64,000 nucleotides of DNA from Trichosphaerium sp. ATCC 40318. Taxonomy: Eukaryota > Protista > Tubulinea. Below, piece after piece: positions 37,918 through 51,098 of this stretch. Under the pieces are notes generated by a model, which was given only the letters and a program-made list of their open reading frames with translations, ran no database searches and was not told the DNA's origin. The DNA is taken from assembly GCA_038496445.1 (NCBI GenBank), contig JALMLS010000416.1, positions 1-64,000 of the forward strand. The letters are read 5' to 3'. Within the stretch, counting starts at the first letter, position 1; each line of letters begins with the position of its first letter. A program made the translations under genes and the position numbers.

Positions 37918-40900
37918 GGTTATCGCTGGGTCAGATAATAGTAAATATAACAACTTTAGTAGTATCAAGTGTGAACCTTCCAGGGCCACCCTGGGAAAAT
38001 CTACCAACTCGTTTCCCTTTTTGAAATAGCACCTTGTACATGTAGACAAGAACCTCAGATAGCGATATGTATGTACAAAGAGCTCAGTTCACAAACATAC
38101 TACAAAACTCGGAAGTACAACTGATATGGGCATCTGGAAGAAATAGCTTCGCTGGTTGTTTGCTGTACCTCTGCTTAGTAGTAGGAGAATGGTTTTTGGG
38201 TATTGTATCCCACATGTGATGCCGCTAGTTATGTTAGCTCAGCAGCATTCATTCAAATTTGCAAATACAAACAAAAAGGACATGCAAGCACGTGCCAACG
38301 TGAAGTATTTTAAAATGAAACGTTTTGGTGCACGCTGTCATATTTCACAACATACCGATACCCCTTATCAAAACAAATATTAGCAACACCATTAAACCCC
38401 TCACAATTTCGAATGCGACAACTAGTTGATAATCGCTAGCCACATCGCAAGTTTGCCCAAAAAAGACATGTGATTTACACGGCTAGTTCATGCTGTATTG
38501 CCACGGACGTGCTGTGCCGAAATAAGAGGGAAAATAAAAACTGCACGCAGAGGACAACGTTTTTGACGTTGTATAACGAATGTCACGCCAAACGACGCTG
38601 ACCTTTAACTACAATAAAGGTTTATACGTCAGTCACGTGCGGTACGTTTTTTTGGCTGGATTCTATCATATTTTGGTATTCTGGCTATACTCGCTGTAAA
38701 GAAAACTGGTATTGTTATGGCGTGCTAGGTGAAGGCATTCTTTTGATTAGGTATAAAGACTAACGGCTCTATCGCCAGTTGAAAGTGGCTACATAATTGT
38801 TACGAAGCCACACAAAAAGGATATTGTGAACAAAAAAAAACGGGTAGTTATTTTTAGGATTGCCAATCGGACTGAGTGACGTTCTTAGCGCTCCTATTAT
38901 TTTAAGTTTAATTTATCTTCTTTTGATTTGGTTGCCCTATGTTTCCCATACTTTTTTAGTCGTTGGTATACATCAAATCGGTTCATTGCCATGTGCTTTG
39001 ATTAACTGAGCACTTCGCCTTTGAAACTTTGTTGTTTAAATCTACAAATGAGATAATCGTATCACATCGTCATAGTGTTGACAAAAGATGATATAAACGT
39101 TGTATAGGTAATGGATGAACTTGATATTTAAGAGTCTTTTTGAACGCTCATGAGAAATGAACATTTATTCTTTTAGTGCGCTAAATACCTCGAACACTGA
39201 CATTTATCTACATGTTGTTACATCATATAGGCAATATCCAATTGAAAACATTAAAAAAAAATGCTTCATTTTTATTCACGAGCGTGTACACCACAGCGTA
39301 TATTTGCTTTCAATCAAGCGTGCTCTGATAGTTTTATGAGGTAACGATTTAGGTAAAAAGTTATAACTCAACAATAGTTTTTGGAAAGTTTACATAGCAA
39401 AGAACTCTTCCGATTTTTCATTGGACAATTACATGGATACGTATGTAGCTTTGTTCTACTACAGCATAAAAATTAGTTATGAAAGGGAGATTGGTGAACT
39501 GTAACTACGCCAGGTATACTCCCCTTTGTTAATTGAACCCCATTACTTCTTCTCCTTTCCAAAAGTGACGGTTTGAACAATGATGTTGGGATCTTTAACC
39601 TTCAAGGTTTTAAGCGGAGGGATTTGCTAGCCAGTCAGTGTGATTGCGTCTCTGATTGTAAGGGCATCATGATATAGGTGGTACTGGTCAAACAATTGAG
39701 TTCTACCTCAGCATCGTACTATGATCTGATGGAGGGTCCGAAAGTTTAAGCAACCACCAAAGCTTTGGTTGAAATTGGCTACGAACAACTCATTTTTTAA
39801 AACGTGGTGATCGTACTATCACCTATGTTTCAGCACCACGTGTTTCAGTACAGAAGCGCTACAGGTTGCAACGTTCTGACAGCAAGCATTCTTAGGCTTG
39901 GTGAAGTGTTTGGCAAAAATAGGCCTACGTAGAACCTGTAACATCCAGGGCATCTCTACAACTTTCAACACTATCAAGTTCGCTATGAATTAACCTCGGT
40001 CCGGTATCCCATCTGCCTTTTTTTAGGTAGTTCTTTGGTACTTCCACTATCTTTAGGTAGCACAAAACAAAAAAACACAAGGGAACCACCAACGTCACAC
40101 ACGAAGTTTATCAAATTTTTTTTGTGCAACACAGCAAAAGAAATAGGGTTACCATCCAACTAGTTTTACCACTGAGTTGACTCCTTGAATATAGTGTTCA
40201 CAAAGCGTTTTGTTTTGGTTTAATTCCGCTTTTTGTGACAACGGTTTTAATTGGTAACAAGGTTGAAACTACGCATGGAAAGATACACAGAGGTCGTTGC
40301 AACTGTTTTTCGTATTAGAGTGATGACTCGACAGCGCGCTAACTCGTGAAAATTACTAATAATCTTCTCTGAAGTTGTAAGCTAGTACTAAGTGGGTGTT
40401 TACGCGGTGATATACAACCTCAATACGTTTAACTAATAATAAACGAGTTGCCTAATTTACACTTTTCTCCACTCTACAAAAACCGAGAAAAATGCAATAA
40501 CGAGCCTATAGCTTGTTCTGGTTACAATATATAAACCTACTACTCAAATATTTGAGTAGTAATTATGTGTCACACAGAAGAAATTAGGCTTCTTCGAATG
40601 AAAATTCAGGAATTTATAAAGTTTATTCAAATATGTTCCCAGAATGACTGTGACATTATTCTAAACCAATCACAACAGTTGCACCTCAAGAAGATACTAC
40701 TATAAAACAAAATGAACAGAGATACAAAGCAATACACTCTTCTAAAACAAACTTACAACAACAAATCTGCCGATAGCCGTTATTGTGCTCTAGAACCACG
40801 TACAGGATTAAAAAACAACCAAAGAACACGTCAGCATGTTACAACAACACAGAAACCATCAATAAAATCTCAAAGACGAGTTGCATCCCGCCGAAGAGGT

Positions 40901-41170
40901 GTACGGTCTACCATAGCGCTCTCTTGCTACACAGCTACAATTGGACAGTTTTTCCGGTCTAGCTGATAAGAGCAAAGAAATATCAAAAGAAAAAAATTTC
41001 AACGGAAAGAAAAAACTGTAAAATAAAATTGTATTCTATCAATAAGCTCTTTTTGTTTATTTCGCCCTTAGAGGATACAAATTATTGTTGAGTAAACCGT
41101 CACATCAATAACGCGCGAAACGATTCGAACTTTTTTTTTTGATTTCTGAACTGCTAGTCTCTGCACCGAG

Positions 41171-41597
41171 TTATTCGTCATTAGAATCGTATGGTGTTTC
41201 TTCTTGTTCTACTGCTGCTATAGCAGGTTCTGGCTCTGCAGGAGCTGGTCCTTGTTCGCTTTCACGTCTAATGTTTTCGCACTCATCTAACCATTCGTGG
41301 TAAACATCAACAGGCGCCGTTAGTGCTAGGAAACGTTAAATACCGTTTGAAAAACAAATAACGCCAAACCTGTAATTTCTGTTGCATAATCTACACTACA
41401 CACGCGACAGCTCAACGTAGCAACGCCATCCATCCTTTTGCTACATTTTTGTTACAAAATTGCGTAATAAACAGTCAAGCGCACATTTGAACAGTAACAG
41501 AGCTCTCGTGACCACAGAAAGGGCAATTAAAAGCCTTTGGAAGTTTATTATCCTTTCTTACTGTGATAACCTTCCTACGTGTCTTCCTTTTACCCAT
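41171..41597 (-). CDS. ELF1: Transcription elongation factor Elf1 (Zn ribbon), 3 exons
   Basis: MGKRKTRRK...FNCPFCGHESSVTV|..ATLSCRVCSVDY..|LTAPVDVYHEWLDECE. Not in the ORF track. Confidence 0.92.
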
Positions 41598-41782
41598 GTG
41601 TGCGCCAAAGAATTTGCTAAGCCAATCTCATACAAAAAAACGAATTGACACTTTTCTCCGATTAAAAATCGCCCAAAAAACGTGTCTAACAGCTCAATAG
41701 GTAATCTTTTACTCACTTTATACACACAAAAGACGTTCATTGTACAAGAAGAATTTTTCGCGGCCAAAACAAAGTCAAGTCT

Positions 41783-43244
41783 TTAGATGATATCTGCTTC
41801 TTCGTCTTCTTCGTCTTCTTCCTCTTCTTTAACATCTTCTGCTTCTTCATTTTCTCTTTCTTCTGCTTCAACTTCAGCCATCAACTTCTTCAGGGCGTCT
41901 ACCTTTGGTAGAGCTCTGATGTACATGATTTTTTGATGACGTCGTTTTTCAAATCGAATACCTGTCAAAGTGGCGATATCCGTAAGTCTAAGAAAATTAG
42001 TTTTTTGAGCAAGCTACAATTTGGCACTGTTGCCGTTCAAAAATGTTTGGTTTCTTGAAGTAGGTACCTTTCTACAAAGTTTCTAAGGAGCTGTTCACCG
42101 ATTTTCTCATCAAACTCTTCTGAAACTTTAAAAATAAGGGCACAGTTGACTTTGTACAACTTCATAATTAACTTCCTAGCCTAAAAGAAAAGGTTTAATT
42201 AACCCTTTTTAAATTATCTTTTTTTTGAAATAAAGAGTTCTGTCTCAGGCTTGCGTTCTTCCTAACTCACCTTCATTACTTTTACTTGTACATCATGTTC
42301 AGCTATTCTATCACTAAGTTGGATCTCCTTAATCTAGGCAAACTGTCAGTGTTAAACCGTTTGGAATCGATCACCAAATTTTTTTTTGAAGTAGTAGATG
42401 ACCAGTTAACTGTTCTTACCTTTGATCGGAATCCATCAGGTCCCCATACACCTTCTCTTAGTTTACCATTCAAGAGGGCGTCTTTCTTTTTATTCATCTC
42501 TTGTTTGGTAAGAGGCACGTGATCATAGAACCTAACAACACCAGGAGCTCCAGTTTCTAGGTCCTACAAGAAAAGAAATGTCAGCAAAAAAAAACCCCCA
42601 AAAACATGTGTTTGGACGGAAAGCAACCCCTAACAATGAGGATCAACCACGTATTCTACTTACTGCTGATGCCATTCTCATGACCTCCAATTCATCTCTT
42701 TGTGCAACTGCAAGGACCTCACTAAGGACAAAAAGTCCTTCTTCTTTTTTCCCTTCCAAGGAAATGACCAAAACCTTCTCATCCAAGTTTTTTGTTTGAA
42801 GAGTTAGACGCCCAGGATGATTTTTTATGCGCTCTTCTTCCGCTAAATCTTCTTCCTACGTTATTTGTAAGTGATTTAACGTCAAAGAGTGGCCTTTTTA
42901 GCCAAATTGAGTCGTACGTCAATATAGCGCATATCGACATTGGATATTGGTGGTTTACGTCTAGGTTTGCGACTGTGTTGCTTTTTCTTTTTTGCTCCTT
43001 GCCCTGGCCTTCGGAGAGTACGAACATGAGCCAGTGTTGTATAAACAGCCATTGCTGAACAAACCGTTGTGTTTGTTTTCAAATGACATTGTGCCAATAA
43101 CTGATAGGTATGCGCTTGCAATCGAGTGTTTCCTGGGTTACGCACAGATAGAGGTTTGAATTGCTGCGGTTTTATGTATTGTGGTGTTCTGTATGAGCTT
43201 CTTGTAACATATCTAGCTCGCAGAAGCGTGCTTGATACCCTCAT
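41783..43244 (-). CDS. MTIF3: Mitochondrial translation initiation factor IF-3
   Basis: Presequence MRVSSTLLRARYVTRSS. IF3-N: KVLVISLEGKKEGLFVLSEVLAVAQRDELEV. IF3-C: IKEIQLSDRIAEHDVQVKVMK|ARKLI..KV..IF..GEQLLRNF..LTDIA. Confidence 0.75.
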
Positions 43245-43320
43245 TGTTGTAAATGTGACTTTTTTTGAATTCAACGGCAAAAGGCTTTTTTTTCAATTGC
43301 TACGTTGACGTTTTGTCAAG

Positions 43321-46300
43321 ATGTTGGGCGTGTCTAACAGACTCCCAGGATCTAGTTTACGCCCTACTGTTGAACAGAGATCACTAAACTTGTTTACACA
43401 AAAACCAATAGCTGAAATAAAGCAAATAGCACTAAAAACGAGGTAAGTACTTGTGAGAAGCTAAATGTGACGATTTTTGTAGATATGAGATTGATATTAA
43501 GAAACAAGAGCTTCACCAGCTAATAGGGTACATAATTCGGATACACGCAAAAGCTGACGCCCGTAGGGAGCGCTATAGGGATTTGCTGTCAAGCGCTGAC
43601 TCTATCATCGAAATGCACTCTGCAAAGGATACCTTGGCGCTAAAGCTTAATAAAGTAGCTACAACAGCTCAACGTATACCACAAAAAAAGCCAACAAACG
43701 AAACAGCCAGTGCTGGTACGCTTACTCGCTCAATATTGGAACGCTCAGACATCTAGCTTACCTTTAATAACTAGCAGCCAAATCCTTACGTTACCGTGTT
43801 GCCAAGCAAGTAAAAATCCTTGTGGATGCACCAAATACTGTACGTCACACGTACCAAGCATATTAATCGAGATTTAAAACATTGTATTTAAATGACAGTT
43901 GACATTTGACACATTGTTTTAGATATGGAAATGTATAAATGAGGATGATTTTTTCGGGGCAGCAAGAGAGTTTCTTATAGCTAGAGATATCAAAAAACAA
44001 CTACAATCATCGGAAGATTGTCGTAATTTATTAGTACACGCCACTCTTTTTGATAATACTGTATGCTTTGAACTAATTTTTTTTACTTAGTCAAAACTAC
44101 CTTTCTGTGAACACCGTTGGACATTAGTGAGTAGGTTTAACCCCAAAATTATACAAGGTATTGGATCTCACTTAGAGCGTAATGATTTGGGACCAGAGGT
44201 ACCAATAGCGCTTATATTTTGAACAAAAACCATTTGGCTAACTTTTTTTTTTTCACAGGATTATGCGTCGTCTTTGTGCGCTTATTTAGCCATGCAAGAC
44301 GCAACTAAACGCACTATCACATTTGCCTTTATTAAAGAATTTCTTCCGCGGCGTTTACAGGCGCTACAACGAATTTTACAACATGCTATAACTTGCAAAG
44401 CTGCGAATGGTACAATATTACTTTTGACCTTTTGTGACATTTCGATTAACATCTTTACACCACCCTGTCAAAAAATTCATTCTTGTATTTATTAATGAAA
44501 CGCTAATATCGTGTATATAGATATTGCAAAGGATCTTGTATCTTTTGCGTCTGTACTTCAAAAGACAATTAAACTTATCGGTGATATTTTTTTGATTGAT
44601 CCTGGAAATGACGCTCCGGAAGCGAAGTCCTTGATAGTTTCCTATATCGAAAAAGTGTCAAGTACTTTACCACGTACGCAATTGTTGTATACAAAACATT
44701 CACATGTAATGTCATCGCCAATAGTTATTTTCATTGTTTGGGTTTTTGTTAAATTCTTTATTTGTAGCTGGCACATTTGACCTTTCGACTTTGGATGTGC
44801 CTTCTGAATCTATAGCAAACATGAGCTCTCACTGGGTTGAAAAACAAGTTCTTGCGTTGATACCAAAGAACGTATTAGAAGCAGCAAAGACAGCACAAGA
44901 TTTATGTATGATTGAGAATGAACTCATCAAGCAAATCTCAACTGCTTTCCCTTTACCTAAACCTGCAACGAATGGCTCAAAATCATTCCCAAGTACGTAC
45001 ACATAAACACACATCACACATGTTGATTATTCCTCCATAGAGTATTTGATACCAAGTGTATCTCCTTGGGACTCTATCTGTAATAACGTGCTTAGACGTA
45101 AACTTGATCTGTGGGCATTATTTTTCCATGATAGATTTATTTCACGTGCAAAAGATGTAATAGTTCTTTCGTTCTCATCGTTGAGTATTGAAGATGTACG
45201 CAAGAACCAAAGTTCCTTAACTAGTGTTAGTATATGCTTATATACTCTTTAGGTGTTAACGTCTACACTTGACGTTGTTTGTGATCCAAAGAAGTTTAAT
45301 AAGGCTTCGTATGGTATGTTACTTTCTCACCAGAGCTCTGCTTACCTTTTCTCAATAGATGATAACGTTGGTGATTATATTTGGCAACCACTATCAGAGT
45401 TTGAGTTAAGCAGTGTTGTAGCAAGACGTCATAAAGCTTATGGTAGTACTCCTTATACAAGAAAGATAGGTACGTTTTGTTCTATGTTGTGGCTCCTTTT
45501 TCTGCGTTCTGTAAAACTAACACTTGAGTGAAATAGTTCAAAGTGTTGATGATCATCTTGCACGTATTATGGAGGATGTAGTGAAATTAATTAACGCTAA
45601 TGATAAGTATGCTGCGGCCACAAAGCAAAAGTACGTGAAGAGCATATAATTGGTATTAGTTGGCGCTAATATGAGTGTTTAATTAGAGATGTTGCTACAT
45701 TGACAACAGAGATACAAGAAGCTTGTATGAACGCGATTCTTAGACTATTTGATGGATTAGAAAAGAGAGTTAGAAGACATCAACGTCAGCATCTTGAAGC
45801 TAAGCGACAAGAGAAGTAAGAATACCTATATAAGTCTTCTTGTTACTAACTAGAGTGATAGACCTAGCAATGATATTCTTGCTGCTTTGTTCGTAGGAAG
45901 AAGTGCAGTTAACATCTGTCGACATGCTCAATCTCTTAAATCAATTTTGGAAGAGTTGCATACAAAGCAGAAGGCTGGAGGTATATCACAACAGTCAAAA
46001 TTGCTTTTACGTACACAAGAGTTATTACAGCGTATCAAGGCACCTTCAAAGGCTCAAGGTATTAGTTTTTTTCACGAAGGCTTTTGGGTAAAATACTAAC
46101 TGTGCTTTTTTTAGACACATATTTTTCGAAAGTTTCTCATCGTGGTAATGTTGTCATGGTACTAAGCCTTAAAATATGGATGGATAATTGTGTAATGATG
46201 CTTATTGATGATCTTAAATGTTCTCTAAATGATCATGCTCTTGCTGAGAATATAGTCAAATACAACTGGAGAGAAGTCAACATTAATAACGTACAGTCTT

Positions 46301-47570
46301 TATCATAATGTCCAATACGCTAACAATGTATCCAGGAAGGAGAAGGCGATGCTTCGAAGGATTATGTACCGTACCAACCTTCGCCACATATAATGGGTTG
46401 GATATTCAAAGTAGCAGAACGTATTCATTCTGTTGGAGGTCACACAATCGAAAGCAGTGTCATAAGGCATGTTATAAGATTTTTTTTTCTCAAAGTTTTC
46501 GCCTCGTTTTTCTTATAATTCTTCCTTTAGGTTCTTTGTTTATACTGTTGGAAACGTAATTATACTACTATATCATGATGTATTGTTTAATTAATATTAT
46601 TATTTTGTAGGCTTGTATGGAGACAATCTCTAGTTTTATTCAACAGCATTCGAAAAAACTTAAACCTCATAATGTTGTACAACTTTGGTTTGATATAAAA
46701 TATCTCTCCTTAGTATTTAGTGCTCATTCTGTAGATGGTTTGATGAAAGAGGTATTAGATTCTGAATCATCAGAAGAATCACCTTCATATGGTGATATTT
46801 TACAGTGGAAGATACAGACTGATAAACTACTTCGATTGGCAAAGTCAAAGGTACGGTGCTTCCTCTCATTTTTTTTTTTTTTTTTTTTTTAAAAATCATT
46901 TTACAGTTTTCGCAATTTGTTCAGTCCGTCGACAGCAAGCTTGCCTAAAAACTTATTTATTCAATTTTTGTACTCCTATTGAATTGTGTTATGGTTTTTT
47001 TGGTTAATAGTACGTTCTAGCTGGATCCAATTGAGATTGCTTTTTATGAACCTCATTTAAAGAAGAATACATTAAGATGCTACGAGAGAGCAAAGGTACT
47101 CTTTGGTATCCTTACATATGCCGATTCTAGTGATAGCACACTTAGCAATAATACATTGTACGTAATATAATCACATTAAAGAGGCGACCTAAACCCTTGG
47201 TCCTATTCGAAATGTCGAAGCCTCTTTTCAAGTTTTTTTTTTCTAAATATCTTTTTTTTCTTAGGAGCTCAGCGGATGAACCAAGTCATATTACCTTGGC
47301 ACTTGTGAAGCAAGTTGATAGATTTTCTTATTTACCTATTTCTTCACCTGAGGAAGCACCTATTGAACCACCAACAACAAGTACGCTACTTTTTTCCTGC
47401 TTTTTTTTGCACGTGCCTGACATGGTTTTTTTGTTGTTGTAGTGAGTCAAAAGCACAATGATTCTTCACAAAATAGCTACTCTACTCCTTCTAGTCCTTC
47501 TATGAGTTTCTGGGGACGTATTTCTCAAGGCTTGGGTTCATGGAAGCAAACAAAGGATCAACTGTACTGA
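43321..47570 (+). CDS. COG1: Conserved oligomeric Golgi complex subunit 1 (Vps51-type N-terminus)
   Basis: LF..KPIAEIKQI..IDIKKQELHQLIG|ERYRDLLSSADSIIEM, then QLWFDIKYL, DPIEIAFYEPHL..VLFGIL and RFSYLPISSP. Confidence 0.88.
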
Positions 47571-48187
47571 AATAAAAAACCCCCAAATTTTTCAGCCAGA
47601 AATCTTGCATTCAGAGGCCGATGGACACTCATTTGAGTATTTGGCTTGAAGTCCTACTTGCTGTAGGAAATTACTAGTAGTAATTGAGCTCAAAAACTGT
47701 TTGAACGACTGCAACAACCGTCAAAATGCACGCAAGGCACTGTTGTAGCGCATATGGAAGCGTAATAGATACTTGCACTACTAAAACCCATGGGTTTTTT
47801 TTCTTGCTTGTACGAGGCGTCTGGACGCCTTTTTACGTCTGGTAATGGGTTTTATAACGAAAACATGTTCAAACCTGTACATACGTGAACTTTTGAAAAT
47901 TCAACATGAACTCCGAGCTGCGTTGACAATTTCAGTGAAAATTTTTCCACCAAAGTTGAGCGCTTCGTACTAAATCAAGAACATCAAAAGAAACTTTGTT
48001 GTAGCGTTTAGGAGGCACTTTATACTATGGGTGTCCGAAATATTTGAGATTACACGTGAAACCCGAAATAACAATGTCTGTTAGGAACCAAAAAAGTCAA
48101 CTGATGAAAAGTCTCTTAAAATCATAATTCAGTCATCAAGACAACCATCACAACAAAACAACAACAAACGAATACTTTAATAACAAC

Positions 48188-49402
48188 ATGAGCGCGTTTC
48201 AAGCAACAGTAGAAATTCACAGCGGTAGTAATCTTAAAGTAGCTGATAAATCGGGTTCTTCGGACCCTTTTATGATATGTTACCTTGCCTCCGATAAGAA
48301 ACACTCGTTTAAATCTCAAGTAAGCTATTCCGCTCTTTTAAGACAGCAAACTCCTGAAAACCATCGATACGCTTTTTTACGCGCTGGCTTATCATTTCTT
48401 GCATTGTTGTGCTATTCTAATTCGAAATAGGTTATCAAGCAGGATTTGAACCCAAAATGGGAGACAACATGGTCAGTCCACGCTACACCATCAGACGATC
48501 TTATTTTAGAAGTCTGGTATGTTTTCTAGCAATCATCTCCTTTTTTTAGACTTTTTCTCTAAAACGCCATGCGTAGGGACAAAGATAAGTTCGGTAAGGA
48601 CTTCTTGGGAACAACATCAATTAAAGCGTCATCTCTCACCGACGACAAGCAAGAAATGACTTTAACCCTCGCACCACGCTCAGAAAAGGATAAAGACATC
48701 AGCGGAGACATTAAAGTAACAGTATCAAAGAGCGAGATAGCTATTCTGAAATCAAGCAAGACAAAGGTCGAAAACCACGTTATTGTGCCTATACTCTCCA
48801 ATGATTTGACTCCTCTCTTTGATGAGATGGTTCCTGGTCTTAAAAAACTAGTATCAGTACCTGGATTGCTTCATATGCGTCACGCTATTTTGCAGCATTA
48901 CGGACCTCTTAAAGGAAGTACTATGGGTACAGTGCAAGAGAGTACTCAGTATGCAATGGGACAGAAAATAAGAGGTTCAACCAGAAGCTACAAGTTCCAA
49001 AAGGGAACCATGGTTGTTGCTTGCTCTTGGACTAATGATAAGCTCACATCTTTCCGATTCCAAAGTGCCCAAGTTGGTGGAATGTATACTCAACCAACTC
49101 CAGTACTTGTTTATGCCAACTTCGCTAAAGAGTGGCTAAAGTCTTTCACGGTTGATTACGTCAAGACCAATATGATGATGGGTGTTGATGAAGCTAAGGC
49201 GGCTTTGGAGCCATTGGCTGGAATGGATTTTTCTCATGAGCATACGAAAGATGAGCTCGTTGTACCAGAAAAGTATTCCGAAGGGTTTACTTTGGATGTC
49301 AAGTTGAAGGCTACAGCCGAAGATAGTACAACAAAGGATGTGTTTGTTACTGTGTATATGAAACCTTTTGTTGCATTGATTAAGAGCGTCAAAGTTGCTT
49401 AG
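48188..49402 (+). CDS. C2 domain protein with uncharacterised C-terminal domain
   Basis: VEIHSGSNLKVADKSGSSDPF..|VIKQDLNPKW..LILEVW|DKDKFGKDFLG retains the Ca-binding Asp residues. Confidence 0.88.
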
Positions 49403-49444
49403 AAAGTATGATATCACTCGAACTGTTTATTCAATAAAATAGAA

Positions 49445-49620
49445 ATTATCTACACCTTCATCTGTTACTGAAGTACCACTAACGCTAATAAAATGAACTC
49501 CTGCAAGCGCTTTTACACCTTTATCTGTTACTGAAGTGTCACTAAGATAAATAGTATGAACTCCAGCAAGCGCCTTTACCTTCATCTGTTACTGAGTTTG
49601 ATTAAGGCGAATCAGATGAA
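49445..49620 (-). pseudogene. Relic of a 21-aa LRR repeat gene (VTDEGVKALAGVHxIxLSxTS), frameshifted
   Basis: 63-bp tandem repeat (ATCTGTTACTGA at about 49460, 49523 and 49584) translating to LRR-like units. One copy has a 2-nt deletion. Confidence 0.65.
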
Positions 49621-49652
49621 ACAACTTTACTTGATTTTTTTTTAATCTTTTT

Positions 49653-51035
49653 TTATTTTTTACAACACTGTTGACAAGCATAGCAAGGCATACAGAAACA
49701 ACAACAACAACATTCACCACAGGTTCTATCACCTTGTAAACACTAAAAAATAGTTAATATTGAATAAAACTTATGTGGTATTTGATTAAAACAGCCATCA
49801 AATCATCTTGTGAAAAAAAAAAAAAAAAAAAGAAAAATCGCGATAGTGCTGATAATTTAAGAGCTGTGTTCCAGCCTTTGTATGGTTTTTAATAGATTCT
49901 CAAGAGAGGTATTATTTTTTTGATAACATTTGGTTGCTTGTCGATGATAAACAGACACGAGAATGCAACAGAACTTGGCAAGTTTTTTTTTTTTTTCAGA
50001 AAATTCAAAATCCTTTTTGTGCGTACCTTATGGCATGAATAACACGGTGTACAAAAGAAACAACAACAACAGTCTGTACATGTATCTAAGGTAATATGAG
50101 GAAAAAACACCATTTCGAATTTGTTGTTGCTAAAGAGTAAATCCAGAAAAACTTTCCGTAGCGCTACGATTTTTGCCCAAAAAAGGCAAGTAAATCTCTA
50201 ATGACTACTTGCCCTTATACGTCTTATACTCAGTTTACACACTGAGTTCTCCAGTTCAAACGAAAAAAAAGGTGCCAAAGCTTTAAGTTTTTTATCTTTC
50301 GTAAAAACACTCGTTTACGCTAAGGTTATGCGTAAAAAGCCGTTTTTCAAGATCTTGACGGATTGTATTGGTTTTGTCTCGTAAAACGTTGTACTCGACG
50401 CTTAAACTCTCTACATACCATTTCCTTTACCACCACCAAGTAGTTTCGGGCCTGTATGCATTACGTGGTAACTTTCTTCTTTCTGTTCCTCTTCTTCTAT
50501 TTCGTCCTCTACTTCTTCAAAAACAGCATCAAAAAGCCATTTCCATACGCCTTTACCTCCATCGCTTTCTTCTACAACCTAGCTAAAGTGTTACTACCAA
50601 TTCCCTCTTCTAAGATACATGGCACGCACAGTAAGACTCATTGGAACAGTGGCAACCTGTTTTAGTACAATTAGAAGTGAACATAATTGACAGCTGTCAC
50701 ATAAGGTCAAAAGTATCTTGTACACAATAGTAACACATGATTACAACATTGGTTTACCCCACAGCATGTGGGGATGACACATTAAAATCCTTGCCAAAAA
50801 AAAAAAAGCTTGACGAACTGACTTTTTTTGGCCTTTTGTCACGTGTCATCAACTATTGTGGATGTGAAATATTGTGGCTCTCGAATAACAATTCCAGTAC
50901 CACGTACTGCCAGTTGCTCTTTTTGAATACTACTCAAGTGTCCTTATGAAATGTTGTTTTGATAATTCAATTATTATTAATAGCTATATATGTCGTTACA
51001 AATGTACGCCAAACACGATAACCTTCAGCAGTCAT
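49653..51035 (-). CDS. Small multi-exon Cys-rich protein with duplicated C-terminal CxxCCCCFxCxPCYxC motif
   Basis: Phase-consistent splice: MTAEGYRVWR|HLSS...|ILMCHPHMLWG|CHCSNESYCACH|VVEES..GKGN|DTCTDCCCCFFCTPCYSCHK|CLQGDRTCGECCCCFCMPCYACQQCCKK*. Confidence 0.6.
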
Positions 51036-51098
51036 AGAACCATTAAATTTATAAGATTGTATGAAGTACAATTTATTTATTTGTTACATGGCATGTTG

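Noticed and set aside
23395-41597. Functional cluster of Pol II elongation factors CTR9 and ELF1
   Set aside because: They are 13 kb apart with unrelated genes between them, so chance proximity is likely.
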